From Macrostomum lignano (lineage: Eukaryota), in the NCBI GenBank assembly GCA_002269645.1, contig NIVC01000458.1, forward strand, positions 176,617-240,616: a stretch of 64,000 bases of DNA, in the 5' to 3' direction. The notes below the pieces were generated by a model. That model saw nothing but the letters and a program-made list of their open reading frames with translations. It was not told the DNA's origin and ran no database searches. This document shows, in pieces, positions 44,400 to 57,363 of this stretch. The position numbers and the translations under genes were made by a program. The stretch's first letter is position 1. The number at the start of each line of letters is the position of its first letter.

Positions 44400-47300
44400 A
44401 GCACCAGCGGGCACTGAAGGATCGGAGGGCAACAGCAGCAGGCACTGAAGGATCGGAGCGCAGCAGTAGCGGGCACTGAAGGATCGGAGCGCAGCAGTAG
44501 CGGGCACTGAAGGATCTGAGGGAAGCAGCAGCGGGCACTGAAGGATCTGAGGGAAGCAGCAGCAGGCACTGAAGGATCTGAGGGCAGCAGCAGCGGGCAC
44601 TGAAGGATCGGAGGGCAGCAGCAGCGGGCACTGAAGGATCGGAGGGAAGCAGCAGCAGGCACTGAAGGATCTGAGGGCAGCAGCAGCGGGCACTGAAGGA
44701 TCGGAGGGCAGCAGCAGCGGGCACTGAAGGATCGGAGGGAAGCAGCAGCGGGCACTGAGGGATCGGAGGGGGCAGCAGCAGCGGGCACTGAGGGATCGGA
44801 GGGGGCAGCAGCAGCGGGCACTGAAGGATCGGAGGGCAGCAGCAGCGGGCACTGAAGGATCTGAGGGAAGCAGCAGCGGGCACTGAAGGATCTGAGGGAA
44901 GCAGCAGCGGGCACTGAAGGATCTGAGGGAAGCAGCAGCGGGCACTGAAGGATCTGAGGGAAGCAGCAGCGGGCACTGAAGGATCGGAGGGAGGGCAGCA
45001 GCAGCGGGCACTAAAGGATCGGAGGGAGGGCAGCAGCGGGCACTGAAGGATCGGAGGGAGGGCAGCAGCGGGCACTAAAGGATCGGAGGGAGGGCAGCAG
45101 CAGCGGGCACTAAAGGATCTGAGGGAAGCAGCAGCGGGCACTGAAGGATCTGAGGGAAGCAGCAGCAGGCACTGAAGGATCTGAGGGCAGCAGCAGCGGG
45201 CACTGAAGGATCGGAGGGAGGGAAGCAGCAGCGGGCACTGAGGGATCGGAGGGGGCAGCAGCAGCGGGCACTGAGGGATCGGAGGGGGGCAGCAGCAGCG
45301 GGCACTGAAGGATCGGAGGGCAGCAGCAGCGGGCACTGAAGGATCGGAGGGGGGCAGCAGCAGCGGGCACTGAGGGATCGGAGGGGGGCAGCAGCAGCGG
45401 GCACTGAGGGATCGGAGGGGGGCAGCAGCAGCGGGCACTGAAGGATCGGAGGGCAGCAGCAGCGGGCACTGAAGGATCTGAGGGAAGCAGCAGCGGGCAC
45501 TGAAGGATCGGAGGGGGGCAGCAGCAGCGGGCACTGAGGGATCGGAGGGGGGCAGCAGCAGCGGGCACTGAAGGATCGGAGGGGGGCAGCAGCAGCGGGC
45601 ACTGAGGGATCGGAGGGAGGGAAGCAGCAGCGGGCACTGAGGGATCGGAGGGGGCAGCAGCAGCGGGCACTGAGGGATCGGAGGGAGGGAAGCAGCAGCG
45701 GGCACTGAAGGATCGGAGGGGGGCAGCAGCAGCGGGCACTGAAGGATCGGAGGGCAACAGCAGCAGGCACTGAAGGATCGGAGCGCAGCAGTAGCGGGCA
45801 CTGAAGGATCGGAGCGCAGCAGTAGCGGGCACTGAAGGATCTGAGGGAAGCAGCAGCGGGCACTGAAGGATCTGAGGGAAGCAGCAGCAGGCACTGAAGG
45901 ATCTGAGGGCAGCAGCAGCGGGCACTGAAGGATCGGAGGGCAGCAGCAGCGGGCACTGAAGGATCGGAGGGAAGCAGCAGCAGGCACTGAAGGATCTGAG
46001 GGCAGCAGCAGCGGGCACTGAAGGATCGGAGGGCAGCAGCAGCGGGCACTGAAGGATCGGAGGGAAGCAGCAGCGGGCACTGAGGGATCGGAGGGGGGCA
46101 GCAGCAGCGGGCACTGAGGGATCGGAGGGGGGCAGCAGCAGCGGGCACTGAAGGATCGGAGGGCAGCAGCAGCGGGCACTGAAGGATCTGAGGGAAGCAG
46201 CAGCGGGCACTGAAGGATCTGAGGGAAGCAGCAGCGGGCACTGAAGGATCTGAGGGAAGCAGCAGCGGGCACTGAAGGATCTGAGGGAAGCAGCAGCGGG
46301 CACTGAAGGATCGGAGGGAGGGCAGCAGCAGCGGGCACTAAAGGATCGGAGGGAGGGCAGCAGCGGGCACTGAAGGATCGGAGGGAGGGCAGCAGCGGGC
46401 ACTAAAGGATCGGAGGGAGGGCAGCAGCAGCGGGCACTAAAGGATCTGAGGGAAGCAGCAGCGGGCACTGAAGGATCTGAGGGAAGCAGCAGCAGGCACT
46501 GAAGGATCTGAGGGCAGCAGCAGCGGGCACTGAAGGATCGGAGGGAGGGAAGCAGCAGCGGGCACTGAGGGATCGGAGGGGGGCAGCAGCAGCGGGCACT
46601 GAGGGATCGGAGGGGGGCAGCAGCAGCGGGCACTGAAGGATCGGAGGGCAGCAGCAGCGGGCACTGAAGGATCGGAGGGGGGCAGCAGCAGCGGGCACTG
46701 AGGGATCGGAGGGGGGCAGCAGCAGCGGGCACTGAGGGATCGGAGGGGGGCAGCAGCAGCGGGCACTGAAGGATCGGAGGGCAGCAGCAGCGGGCACTGA
46801 AGGATCTGAGGGAAGCAGCAGCGGGCACTGAAGGATCGGAGGGGGGCAGCAGCAGCGGGCACTGAGGGATCGGAGGGGGGCAGCAGCAGCGGGCACTGAA
46901 GGATCGGAGGGGGGCAGCAGCAGCGGGCACTGAGGGATCGGAGGGAGGGAAGCAGCAGCGGGCACTGAGGGATCGGAGGGGGCAGCAGCAGCGGGCACTG
47001 AGGGATCGGAGGGAGGGAAGCAGCAGCGGGCACTGAAGGATCGGAGGGGGCAGCAGCAGCGGGCACTGAGGGATCGGAGGGGGGCAGCAGCAGCGGGCAC
47101 TGAAGGATCGGAGGGAGGGAAGCAGCAGCGGGCACTGAGGGATCGGAGGGGGGCAGCAGCAGCGGGCACTGAAGGATCGGAGGGAGGGAAGCAGCAGCGG
47201 GCACTGAGGGATCGGAGGGGGCAGCAGCAGCGGGCACTGAGGGATCGGAGGGAGGGAAGCAGCAGCGGGCACTGAAGGATCGGAGGGGGGCAGCAGCAGC

Positions 47301-48445
47301 GGGCACTGAGGGATCGGAGGGGGGCAGCAGCAGCGGGCACTGAAGGATCAGAGGGAGGGAAGCAGCAGCGGGCACTGAGGGATCGGAGGGGGGCAGCAGC
47401 AGCGGGCACTGAAGGATCGGAGGGAGGGAAGCAGCAGCGGGCACTGAAGGATCGGAGGGAGGGAAGCAGCAGCGGGCACTGAAGGATCGGAGGGAGGGAA
47501 GCAGCAGCGGGCACTGAAGGATCGGAGGGAGGGAAGCAGCAGCGGGCACTGAAGGATCGGAGGGAGGGAAGCAGCAGCGGGCACTGAAGGATCTGAGGGA
47601 AGCAGCAGCGGGCACTGAAGGATCGGAGGGGGGCAGCAGCAGCGGGCACTGAAGGATCGGAGGGAGGGAAGCAGCAGCGGGCACTGAAGGATCGGAGGGA
47701 GGGAAGCAGCAGCGGGCACTGAAGGATCGGAGGGAGGGAAGCAGCAGCGGGCACTAAAGGATCGGAGGGAGGGAAGCAGCAGCGGGCACTGAAGGATCGG
47801 AGGGAGGGAAGCAGCAGCGGGCACTGAGGGATCGGAGGGGGGCAGCAGCAGCGGGCACTGAAGGATCGGAGGGAAGCAGCAGCGGGCACTGAAGGATCGG
47901 AGGGAGGGAAGCAGCAGCGGGCACTGAAGGATCGGAGGGAGGGAAGCAGCAGCGGGCACTGAAGGATCGGAGGGAGGGAAGCAGCAGCGGGCACTGAAGG
48001 ATCTGAGGGAGGGAAGCAGCAGCGGGCACTGAAGGATCGGAGGGAGGGAAGCAGCAGCGGGCACTGAAGGATCGGAGGGAGGGAAGCAGCAGCGGGCACT
48101 GAGGGATCGGAGGGGGGCAGCAGCAGCGGGCACTGAAGGATCGGAGGGAGGGCAGCAGCAGCGGGCACTGAAGGATCGGAGGGAGGGCAGCAGCAGCGGG
48201 CACTGAAGGATCGGAGGGAGGGCAGCAGCAGCGGGCACTGAAGGATCTGAGGGAAGCAGCAGCGGGCACTGAAGGATCGGAGGGAGGGAAGCAGCAGCGG
48301 GCACTGAAGGATCGGAGGGAGGGAAGCAGCAGCGGGCACTGAAGGATCGGAGGGAGGGAAGCAGCAGCGGGCACTGAAGGATCGGAGGGAGGGCAGCAGC
48401 AGCGGACACTGAAGGATCGGAGGGAGGGCAGCAGCAGCGGACACT
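44400..48445. repeat. 4-kb 28-35-bp minisatellite with higher-order structure
   Basis: Unit GCAGCAGCGGGCACTGAAGGATCGGAGG(GAGG)G with length variants. Confidence 0.98.
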
Positions 48446-48974
48446 TAAGAAAGATGTTTATTTTGTGATTTGGTTTAAAATAGTCAAACAATAATTTTTT
48501 ACCAGTCCGAACGCACACCGTAAAAGCAGATAGAACTCATTACTATTGTTATAGCTGTTGAATTGACAGCCAGACCAAGCACATTGTTTAAGTTAATGTA
48601 CGCATATTATTGTACACGCTTCATATTATCTTAGGCTCGTATTCAAAGTTTTTAATTGTTTTTCCTGTTTTGTTGTATTTTTGAATGAATCAATTATTAA
48701 AACTATATACTGTGTATCGTCCTTAGTGTATGACTATGACTCGAGATAATCAATTTCGAAATGAATGCTTAATTACATAGAAAAGTACACAGTGTTTATT
48801 TTTCGGTTGCCACAGAAGTCTAGTAAAAATCAAGATATAGTCTTGTGGCCTTTGCACATGACCTACATGTACTAGACTAATCATCATGCAGCCGGTGTTG
48901 TAAGAGTATTGATAAAATATTCATAAATGCAGGCACAATTGGTTTTCTACACCTTATACGAGCTACATATGTAC

Positions 48975-49320
48975 TCGTACATGGTGAAGGGGTGAATGTG
49001 TGAATTGGTGAAGGGTTGAATGTGTGAATGGGTGAAGCAACTAATGTGAATGAGTGAAGTGGTGAATACATATATATACATGTATGCGCAATTGTGTGAA
49101 TGGGTGGAGGTGAATATGTGAATAGGTGAAAGGGGTGAATTCAAGTGAATTAGTGAATGTGATTATGTGAATGGTGAATATACATGTATGAGTGTGAATG
49201 GTTAAAGGGTGAATGCATGTACATGTACCTGAAGGTGTGAAGAGGAAAGAGTGAATATTTGAATGTGTCAATTAGTGAAGGGGCAATGCGTGAATAGATA
49301 TACATGAGGGTGTGAAGGCA
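48975..49320. repeat. Degenerate GTGAAT-rich repeat
   Basis: Recurring GTGAATGTGTGAATGG-like cores. Confidence 0.6.
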
Positions 49321-50326
49321 CTATAGAGTCTTCAGAATTTCGATATTTAGAAATATTACTAAGACTGCATGGTGACAGAATGTTAAACCTGTATGTGTTT
49401 GTAATTTTCGTGTTGCACTTTTACATGTACATCACAGCACTCCGAGATCCTGTGTGAGCTTTCGCTACCCTCTGTTCATTTGGATGGGATCTCTCAGCTC
49501 CATCATTAGGCTAGCTTAAACAATGATGTACATAAACGTATACTGGTATAAAATACATTAACAAACATTTTAAAATGTACAATTACATACTGTTCGATAA
49601 ATGACCATACAGGTTTATTATTTAGCCACTAAGTCAACTTAAATATAAAAATAGCTGTTGGACTTACTAATAAAGATACATTTCTTAGAATTACACGTAT
49701 TAAAGATGTACAAAAAATAATTACAAAAAGCAATTAATCAGGGAAATGCGGCATTTACTACTACAACTGACAAATAAAATATATTACAAATAAGGCAAGA
49801 GAATGACGGCAAATGTTTTTTTAGACAAACCTTTGTAATAAAAATATAGAAGTTATACTAGTGGTGAATACGAGCAACATTAAATTAAACAGGTGCTGAC
49901 TGCAACATGCTACTGAAGGTTAATAGCGGAGTAGTTTTGTTGAAAGAAAAGAAATATTTATACGAGTGCAATTATTTAAATGCTACTAGTAGCTACCGTA
50001 TTTGCTTTTTACAGAAGACACATTTGCTAAAAATTAGACAAACTAAGGAAACAGATAACATGAAAATGCAGCAATTACTACTTATATACACATAAAAATT
50101 TGAGGTTAAAAATAGCGAATAGATCAACAAAATAACCAGCATACAATTCACAAATTAAAATCAATTATAAACAGACAGATTGTGACTGGATATTGGTTTT
50201 TTTGGATATTTCATAAGTTGAAATTTATTTATTACATTCTTTGACTGACTACGGCCGAATTATTTTAATTCCTGGGCTTGATAATTAATTTATTGTTGGC
50301 CCTAAGTCAGCGGTAAGTATTGTTAA

Positions 50327-52426
50327 TTAATGAATAAAGTGGCATCGGCGGCCGTAGACGCAGAAGCCACTTGTGTGAAATTGGACACACTTCACTGTTT
50401 TATACTTCTGTGGCCTATCGCGCGTCAGTAACTCATGTGGCTCGTGCGCGAAAGCACAGCGACTGCCGAATGGGCAGGTCTTCTGCATCTGCGTGTGGCG
50501 GTTTCGGGTTGGGGGTAGACGCGATTAGTATTTAGTGGGAGGGGTGAGAGCTGTGAGAAATTGACAGCGGATTAAAGACAATAGTGGGGCGGATTGTAAA
50601 GAGTAGAGGGGCGGAATGTAGAGAATAGAAGGGCGGAATCCGGCGAATTATAGAGAGTACAGTGGCATATTGTAGAGAATAGAGGGGCGGATTATAGAGA
50701 GCAAAGTGGCGGTTTGTCGAGAATTGAGTTGTTGGATTATAGAGAATAGATCGTGGCGGATTATCAAGAATAGAGTGGCGGATTATCGAGAAAAGAGGGC
50801 GGATTATTGAGAGAGAGTGGGCGGATTATTGAGAATCGAGTGGGCGGATTATTGAGAATCGAGTGGGCGGATTATTGAGTATAGAGTTGGCGGATTATAG
50901 AGAATAGAGTGAGCGGATTATAGAGAATAGAGTGGCCGGATTATTGAGATTAGAGTGGGCGGATTATTGAGAATAGAGTGGCCGGATTATTGAGATTAGA
51001 GTGGGCGGATTATTGAGAATAGAGTGGCTGATTATTGAGAATAGAGTGGCTGATTATTGAGAATAGAGTGGCTGATTATTGAGAATAGAGTGGCTGATTA
51101 TTGAGAATAGAGTGGCTGATTATTGAGAATAGAGTGGCTGATTATTGAGAATAGAGTGGCTGATTATTGAGAATAGAGTGGCTGATTATTGAGAATAGAG
51201 TGGCTGATTATTGAGAATAGAGTGGCTGATTATTGAGAATAGAGTGGCTGATTATTGAGAATAGAGTGGCTGATTATAGAGAATAGAGGGCGGATTATTG
51301 AGAATAGAGTGGCCGATTATTGAGAATAGAGTGGCCGATTATTGAGAATAGAGTGGCCGATTATTGAGAATAGAGTGGCCGATTATTGAGAATAGAGTGG
51401 CCGATTATTGAGAATAGAGTGGCCGATTATAGAGAATAGAGTGAGCGGATTGTTGAGAATAGAGTGGCCGATTATTGAGAATAGAGTGGCCGATTATTGA
51501 GAATAGAGTGGCCGATTATTGAGAATAGAGTGGCCGATTATAGAGAATAGAGTGAGCGGATTATTGAGAATAGAGTGGCCGATTATTGAGAATAGAGTGG
51601 CCGATTATTGAGAATAGAGTGGCCGATTATAGAGAATAGAGTGAGCGGATTGTTGAGAATAGAGTGAGCGGATTGTTGAGAATAGAGTGGCCGATTATAG
51701 AGAATAGAGTGAGCGGATTGTTGAGAATAGAGTGAGCGGATTGTTGAGAATAGAGTGGCCGATTATAGAGAATAGAGTGAGCGGATTGTTGAGAATAGAG
51801 TGAGCGGATTGTTGAGAATAGAGTGGCTGATTATTGAGAATAGAGTGGCTGATTATTGAGAGTAGAGTGGCTGATTATTGAGAATAGAGTTGCGTATCAT
51901 ACATAATAGTGGCAAATACAAACTAACCTCGTAGTGTTTGCACATTTCGGTTTTGTGCTTCGCCGGCTCCAATTCCGGAGAGATTGACTTGCGAGGCTGC
52001 AAGCAAGTTGAGGAGTTGATTTGAGAGTTATTATAAGTAAGCTGAGCTGAGCATCCTAACACAAATGCAATTATTAGAAATAGGCAAATATGTACTAATA
52101 ATTAGACTTACTCGGCCATTGATCGAAAATTCGCACAGGCTGCTGCTGTTGCTGCTAGGAGAAGACATGATTCTATCAATAACAAGAATTTCAGTGTGTA
52201 TAATAGCCTGTTGTTTTGAAAATTGCTTTAGAAGCGCAAGAAGGGTTTACGGATGCGGAGCGTACGCGGAGATCTTTATACCGGTTGGGAACTTGGGGGA
52301 GAGCTTGAGTTTCCCAGTTCGGGAGCCAATAGGATTAGGCTGGCGGCCAGGGAGGGGGTTGTTGGCTTCCCGACTATTCGATAAGTCAACCAACGAAGAA
52401 GAATGGAATGCTGCCCCCCGGGCCAT
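50327..52426 (-). CDS. TIS11/ZFP36-family tandem CCCH zinc-finger (ARE-binding) protein, about 170 aa
   Basis: Exons 52426-52251, 52172-52112, 52041-51928, 50488-50327 (513 nt, phases consistent). KHKTEM-C8C5C3H ([20 protein letters not shown]), an 18-residue linker ending KYKTVK, then a second C8C5C3H ([20 protein letters not shown]), then stop. The start ATG (GACATGG) is the first in this frame. Confidence 0.88.
50560..51890. repeat. 22-bp minisatellite in the last intron of the zinc-finger gene
   Basis: Unit GAGAATAGAGTGG(C/T)(C/T)GATTATT, degenerate at the left end. Confidence 0.96.
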
Positions 52427-52427
52427 G

Positions 52428-55400
52428 TCAAGGTTGGTCAAGATGGTCAGGGACCCCCAGGAAAAAATAAATATGTTTTGGGCGCACTAAAAATCTTACT
52501 TTATTTATTTGTCTTGCGCTAAAATCTATTCTGCGGCGCTTAATTGGCGCTAAAATCTATTCTGCGGCGCTTGATTGGCGCTAAAATCTATTCTGCGGCG
52601 CTTAATTGGCGCTAAAATCTATTCTGCGGCGCTTGATTGGCGCTAAAATCTATTCTGCGGCGCTTAATTGGCGCTAAAATCTATTCTGCGGCGCTTGATT
52701 GGCGCTAAAATCTATTCTGAGGCGCTTGATTGGCGCTAAAATCTATTCTGAGGCGCTTGATTGGTGCTAAAATCTATTCTGCGGCGCTTGATTGGCGCTA
52801 AAATCTATTCTGCGGCGCTTAATTGGCGCTAAAATCTGTTCTGCGGCGCTTGATTGGCGCTAAAATCTATTCTGCGGCGCTTAATTGGCGCTAAAATCTA
52901 TTCTGAGGCGCTTGATTGGTGCTAAAATCTATTCTGAGGCGCTTGATTGGCGCTAAAATCTATTCTGAGGCGCTTGATTGGTGCTAAAATCTATTCTGAG
53001 GCGCTTGATTGGCGCTAAAATCTATTCTGAGGCGCTTGATTGGTGCTAAAATCTATTCTGCGGCGCTTGATTGGCGCTAAAATCTATTCTGAGGCGCTTG
53101 ATTGGTGCTAAAATCTATTCTGCGGCGCTTGATTGGCGCTAAAATCTATTCTGCGGCGCTTAATTGGCGCTAAAATCTATTCTACGTCGCTTAATTGGCG
53201 CTAAAATCTAGTCTGGGTGCTTGATTGGCGCTAAAATCTAGTCTGGGTGCTTGATTGGCGCTAAAATCTAGTCTGGGTGCTTGATTGGCGCTAAAATCTA
53301 GTCTGGGTGCTTTATTGGCGCTAAAATCTAGTCTGGGTGCTTGATTGGCGCTAAAATCTAGTCTGGGTGCTTTATTGGCGCTAAAATCTAGTCTGCGGCG
53401 CTCAATTTACGCTAAAATCTAATCTCTTACCTGAAGGACCAGAGGGTATTGCAGCAGCCCACTGAAGACAGAGGTCCTCAGAATAACAGTGGTCCAAAGA
53501 GAGAATTGTCAGAATGGCGGCTCTCTATAGTCAAACATATGAGGACCCCAAACACAGAAGCATCATTGAGCAGTATTGTTACCTTCCTACGTTTTGCCGG
53601 TTTCTGCAGTTTCTACTGCGAGCTAATAACCTGAGGGTCCTGAGGGCACTAATAATCTGTGCTACCCCTGATAATCTGCGCCCCCTGATAATCTGTGCTA
53701 CCCCTGATAATCTGCGCCACCCTTGATAATCTGTGCTACCCCTGATAATCTGTGCCACCCTTGATAATCTGTGCCACCCTTGATAATCTGTGCTACCCCT
53801 GATAATCTGTGCCACCCTTGATAATCTGTGCTACCCCTGATAATCTGCGCCACCCCTGATAATCTGCGCTACCCCTGATAATCTGTGCCACCCTTGATAA
53901 TCTGTGCTACCCCTGATAATCTGCGCCACCCCTGATAATCTGTGCTACCCCTGATAATCTGCGCCACCCCTGATAATCTGTGCTACCCCTGATAATCTGC
54001 GCCACCCTTGATAATCTGTGCTACCCCTGATAATCTGCGCCACCTTTGATAATCTGTGCTACCCCTGATAATCTGCGCCACCCTTGATAATCTGTGCTAC
54101 CCCTGATAATCTGCGCCACCCTTGATAATCTGCGCCACCCTTGATAATCTGCGCCACCCCTGATAATCTGCGCCACCCTTGATAATCTGCGCCACCCTTG
54201 ATAATCTGCGCCACCCCTGATAATCTGCGCCACCCTTGATAATCTGCGCCACCCTTGATAATCTGCGCCACCCCTGATAATCTGCGCCACCCTTGATAAT
54301 CTGCGCCACCCCTGATAATCTGCGCCACCCCTGATAATCTGCGCCACCCTTGATAATCTGCGCCACCCCTGATAATCTGCGCCACCCCTGATAATCTGCG
54401 CCACCCCTGATAATCTGTGCCACCCCTGATAATCTGCGCCACCCTTGATAATCTGTGCTACCCCTGATAATCTGCGCCACCCTTGATAATCTGCGCCACC
54501 CCTGATAATCTGTGCTACCCCTGATAATCTGCGCCACCCTTGATAATCTGCGCCACCCCTGATAATCTGTGCCACCCCTGATAATCTGTGCTACCCCTGA
54601 TAATCTGCGCCACCCTTGATAATCTGCGCCACCCCTGATAATCTGCGCCACCCCTGATAATCTGTGCCACCCCTGATAATCTGCGCCACCTCTGATAATC
54701 TGTGCTACCCCTGATAATCTGTGCTACCCCTGATAATCTGCGCCACCCTTGATAATCTGTGCCACCCCTGATAATCTGTGCCACCCCTGATAATCTGTGC
54801 TACCCCTGATAATCTGCGCCACCCTTGATAATCTGCGCCACCCCTGATAATCTGCGCCACCCCTGATAATCTGCGCCACCCCTGATAATCTGCGCCACCT
54901 CTGATAATCTGCGCCCCCTCTGACAATCTGTGCCACCCCTGATAAACATCGCCCTATGCACAGTTCATACATCAGCCACAATTCCAAACTCCCGTCCCAC
55001 ACAGTTGTGTTCAGCAATTACCCCAATTAACTTAGCTCGTACTAGCTTCATAGCACATAGTTTTACCAGATTCCTTACAATTAGCAATCATCTACTTAGC
55101 ACTGCAATGTATCAAATATTTTCTTACGTCACCTACACAGGGACCAAGCAAAGCGTCTTGGAGATAACAATCTGTTTGGGTTAAAAAATCAATAATGTCG
55201 TCTTGCCTTTCGAGTAGGACCGCAATCGCAGGCCTGCTTGGTTCAGCTGTTGTTAGCCACTCGACAAGATCCCAGAAATGTGCATGGTGATTTATTGACC
55301 TGCCTATAAAACACATTTAGACATCTGATTTTTTATTTTATATAAGCTAGTTGAATGGGGAGGCGGGGGAAGGCGGCGGTCTGTGAACCACAGGATTGCA

Positions 55401-55554
55401 AAGTTCCCACGCATGACTAACTTTTCATCGATCAGTCAGAGTCCATCTCTCCTCCCAGCCACGCCCTCCAGCCCGCCCCACTGCTCAAACACAGCCAAGT
55501 TCCAATCGTAAATTTACTTCTGACTCTGTTAAAGTGACAGCCCAATACGGGCAT
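52428..55554 (-). CDS. Hypothetical spliced upstream ORF (128 aa) ending 1 nt before the zinc-finger ATG
   Basis: Candidate exons 55554-55518, 55303-55128, 53603-53583, 53524-53431, 52486-52428, all GT-AG and open in frame. The splice sites were partly chosen to keep the frame, and no homology was recognised. Confidence 0.3.
52515..53420. repeat. 31-bp minisatellite
   Basis: Unit GGCGCTAAAATCTATTCTGCGGCGCTTGATT, changing to ...TCTAGTCTGGGTGC... rightwards. Confidence 0.97.
53650..54945. repeat. 19-bp minisatellite (about 68 units)
   Basis: Unit GATAATCTG(C/T)GC(C/T)ACCC(C/T)T. Confidence 0.98.
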
Positions 55555-55959
55555 ATGGCATCACTAAGGCAGGTAGGTAGCTATGTCTGTCTTCGAAAAC
55601 ATTCGAGTTTAAACCTCTGCTGTTGCTAAGTGAGCAATATAACAGTGTTAGTTTTGGGAAGAGAACAATAGATTGAACCTTTGAACTTGACATGAAACAA
55701 TGAGCGCTATATGATTGTTTTGGTCGGGGTTCAGCTCACTCATAACATTCTTGTAAGGTGCTAATTGATTTCAATTCGAAATTCGCCTCCTAGAAACAAA
55801 TTGAATAACTTAAAATTGAACAGATTTCAATGGCAATGAGCAACTGAAAGTTACGTAAAAGCTTAACAATTTATTAGCGGTCTTACAAGCTTATGGTTGA
55901 AATAGGAAGTATTTGTTGCCCATAGTAACCAATCTAGAGTTTTAACTCCTTAAACTGGA

Positions 55960-57120
55960 ATGGGATTCTGATATCTGGGGACTCTGGCGAGTTTGTGAGA
56001 ATGCAGATGTTGAGATTAACTTAGATTTTTAAATAACAAATACTCACTGAAATTATTGGGGATTAAGTTGGGATTCTGAGAATGGGGATTAAAATGTGAA
56101 TTTCGAGAGCTTAAATTTTGTTGGGATTCTGAGAATCGGGATTAACTTCGGATTTCTGAGAAAGGGGATTAAATTGGGATTTCTTAGACTGGGGATTAAA
56201 TTGGGATTTCTGAGAACTTGGATTAAGGTGGGATTGCTAAGAATGGGGATTTAGTTTGGATTTCTGAGAATGGGGATTAAGGTGGGATTTCTGAGAATGG
56301 GGATTAAGGTAGGATTTCTGAGAATGGGAATTAAGGTGGGATTTCTGAGAATGGGAATTAAGGTGGGATTTCTGAGAATGGGTATTAAGGTGGGATTTCT
56401 GAGAATGGGTATTAAAGCGGGATTTCTGAGAATGGGGATTAAAGTGGGATTTCTAAGACTGGGAATTAAGGTGGGATTTCTGAGAATAGGTATTAAGGTG
56501 GGATTTCTATTGTAAGAATGGGTATTAAGGTGGGATTTCTGAGAATGGGTATTAAGGTGGGATTTCTGAGAATGGGTATTAAGATGGGATTTCTGAGAAT
56601 GGGAATTAAAGTGGGATTTCTGAGAATGGGAATTAAGGTGGGATTTCTAAGAATGGGTATTAAGGTGGGATTTCTGAGAATGGGTATTAAGGTGGGATTT
56701 CTGAGAATGGGTATTAAGGCGGGATTTCTGAGAATGGGGATTAAAGTGGAGTCATGAGAATGGGGATCAAGTTGGGATTCTGAGAATGGGGATTAAATCG
56801 GGATTTCTGAGACTTGAGATTAATGTGGCATTCTAAGTGTGACGTGAGATTAATGCGTAATTCCTGTTCCTGCAATGAGACCTGAGGTGAGATCTGAGAA
56901 TTAGGATTAGGATTGAGATGAGAATTTGAGGATGAGAGACGCTTGTGAGTTGGATTCTAAGGAATGGTTACGCTCGTATACTCGCAGGAGGAGACTCGGA
57001 TTATAGAGTTCTGAGATAAGGGTACAATTTTGAGAATAGGGTTTTATGGTGAGTGAGAATCAAGGATGGGGATTAGAGAGAGATTCTGAGGATGGACGAT
57101 GGTGATTCTGAAATCTACGC
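55960..57120. repeat. 27-bp minisatellite (core 56240-56760) with decayed flanks
   Basis: Unit ATGGGGATTAAGGTGGGATTTCTGAGA. Confidence 0.92.
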
Positions 57121-57168
57121 TGAAAGCTATTTTATCCGAAGTGAAGTTTTTAGTTCATGAAGCTCTAG

Positions 57169-57363
57169 CAGTAGCGCAACCATAAATTTTTTGAGGGGGC
57201 GGATTCTGATGGTAAAGTCTCGGGAAGGGGGGGCGGAGGGGTGGCTCTGTTTTTGGCGAAAATTCGCTTGGTCTTCCCCCTTTGATTGTTTTTGGGTCTC
57301 CGTCTCCGCCTAAGAAGGGGGGCAACCGTCCCCCCCCCCCCCCCCCCCCTGGTTGCGCCACTG
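57169..57363. mobile_element. hAT-family MITE, 195 bp
   Basis: TIRs CAGTAGCGCAACCA / TGGTTGCGCCACTG and a perfect 8-bp TSD AGCTCTAG (57161-57168, 57364-57371). Confidence 0.9.

Noticed and set aside
44324-48518. ORFs of 200-720 aa (PPILQCPLLL/PSDPSVPAAA repeats); likewise 14481-16418, 23130-23934, 40656-41592, 42301-43217, 53579-55017, 56270-56757 and 59038-59633
   Set aside because: They are open in several frames at once and coincide exactly with minisatellites; units are often not multiples of 3.
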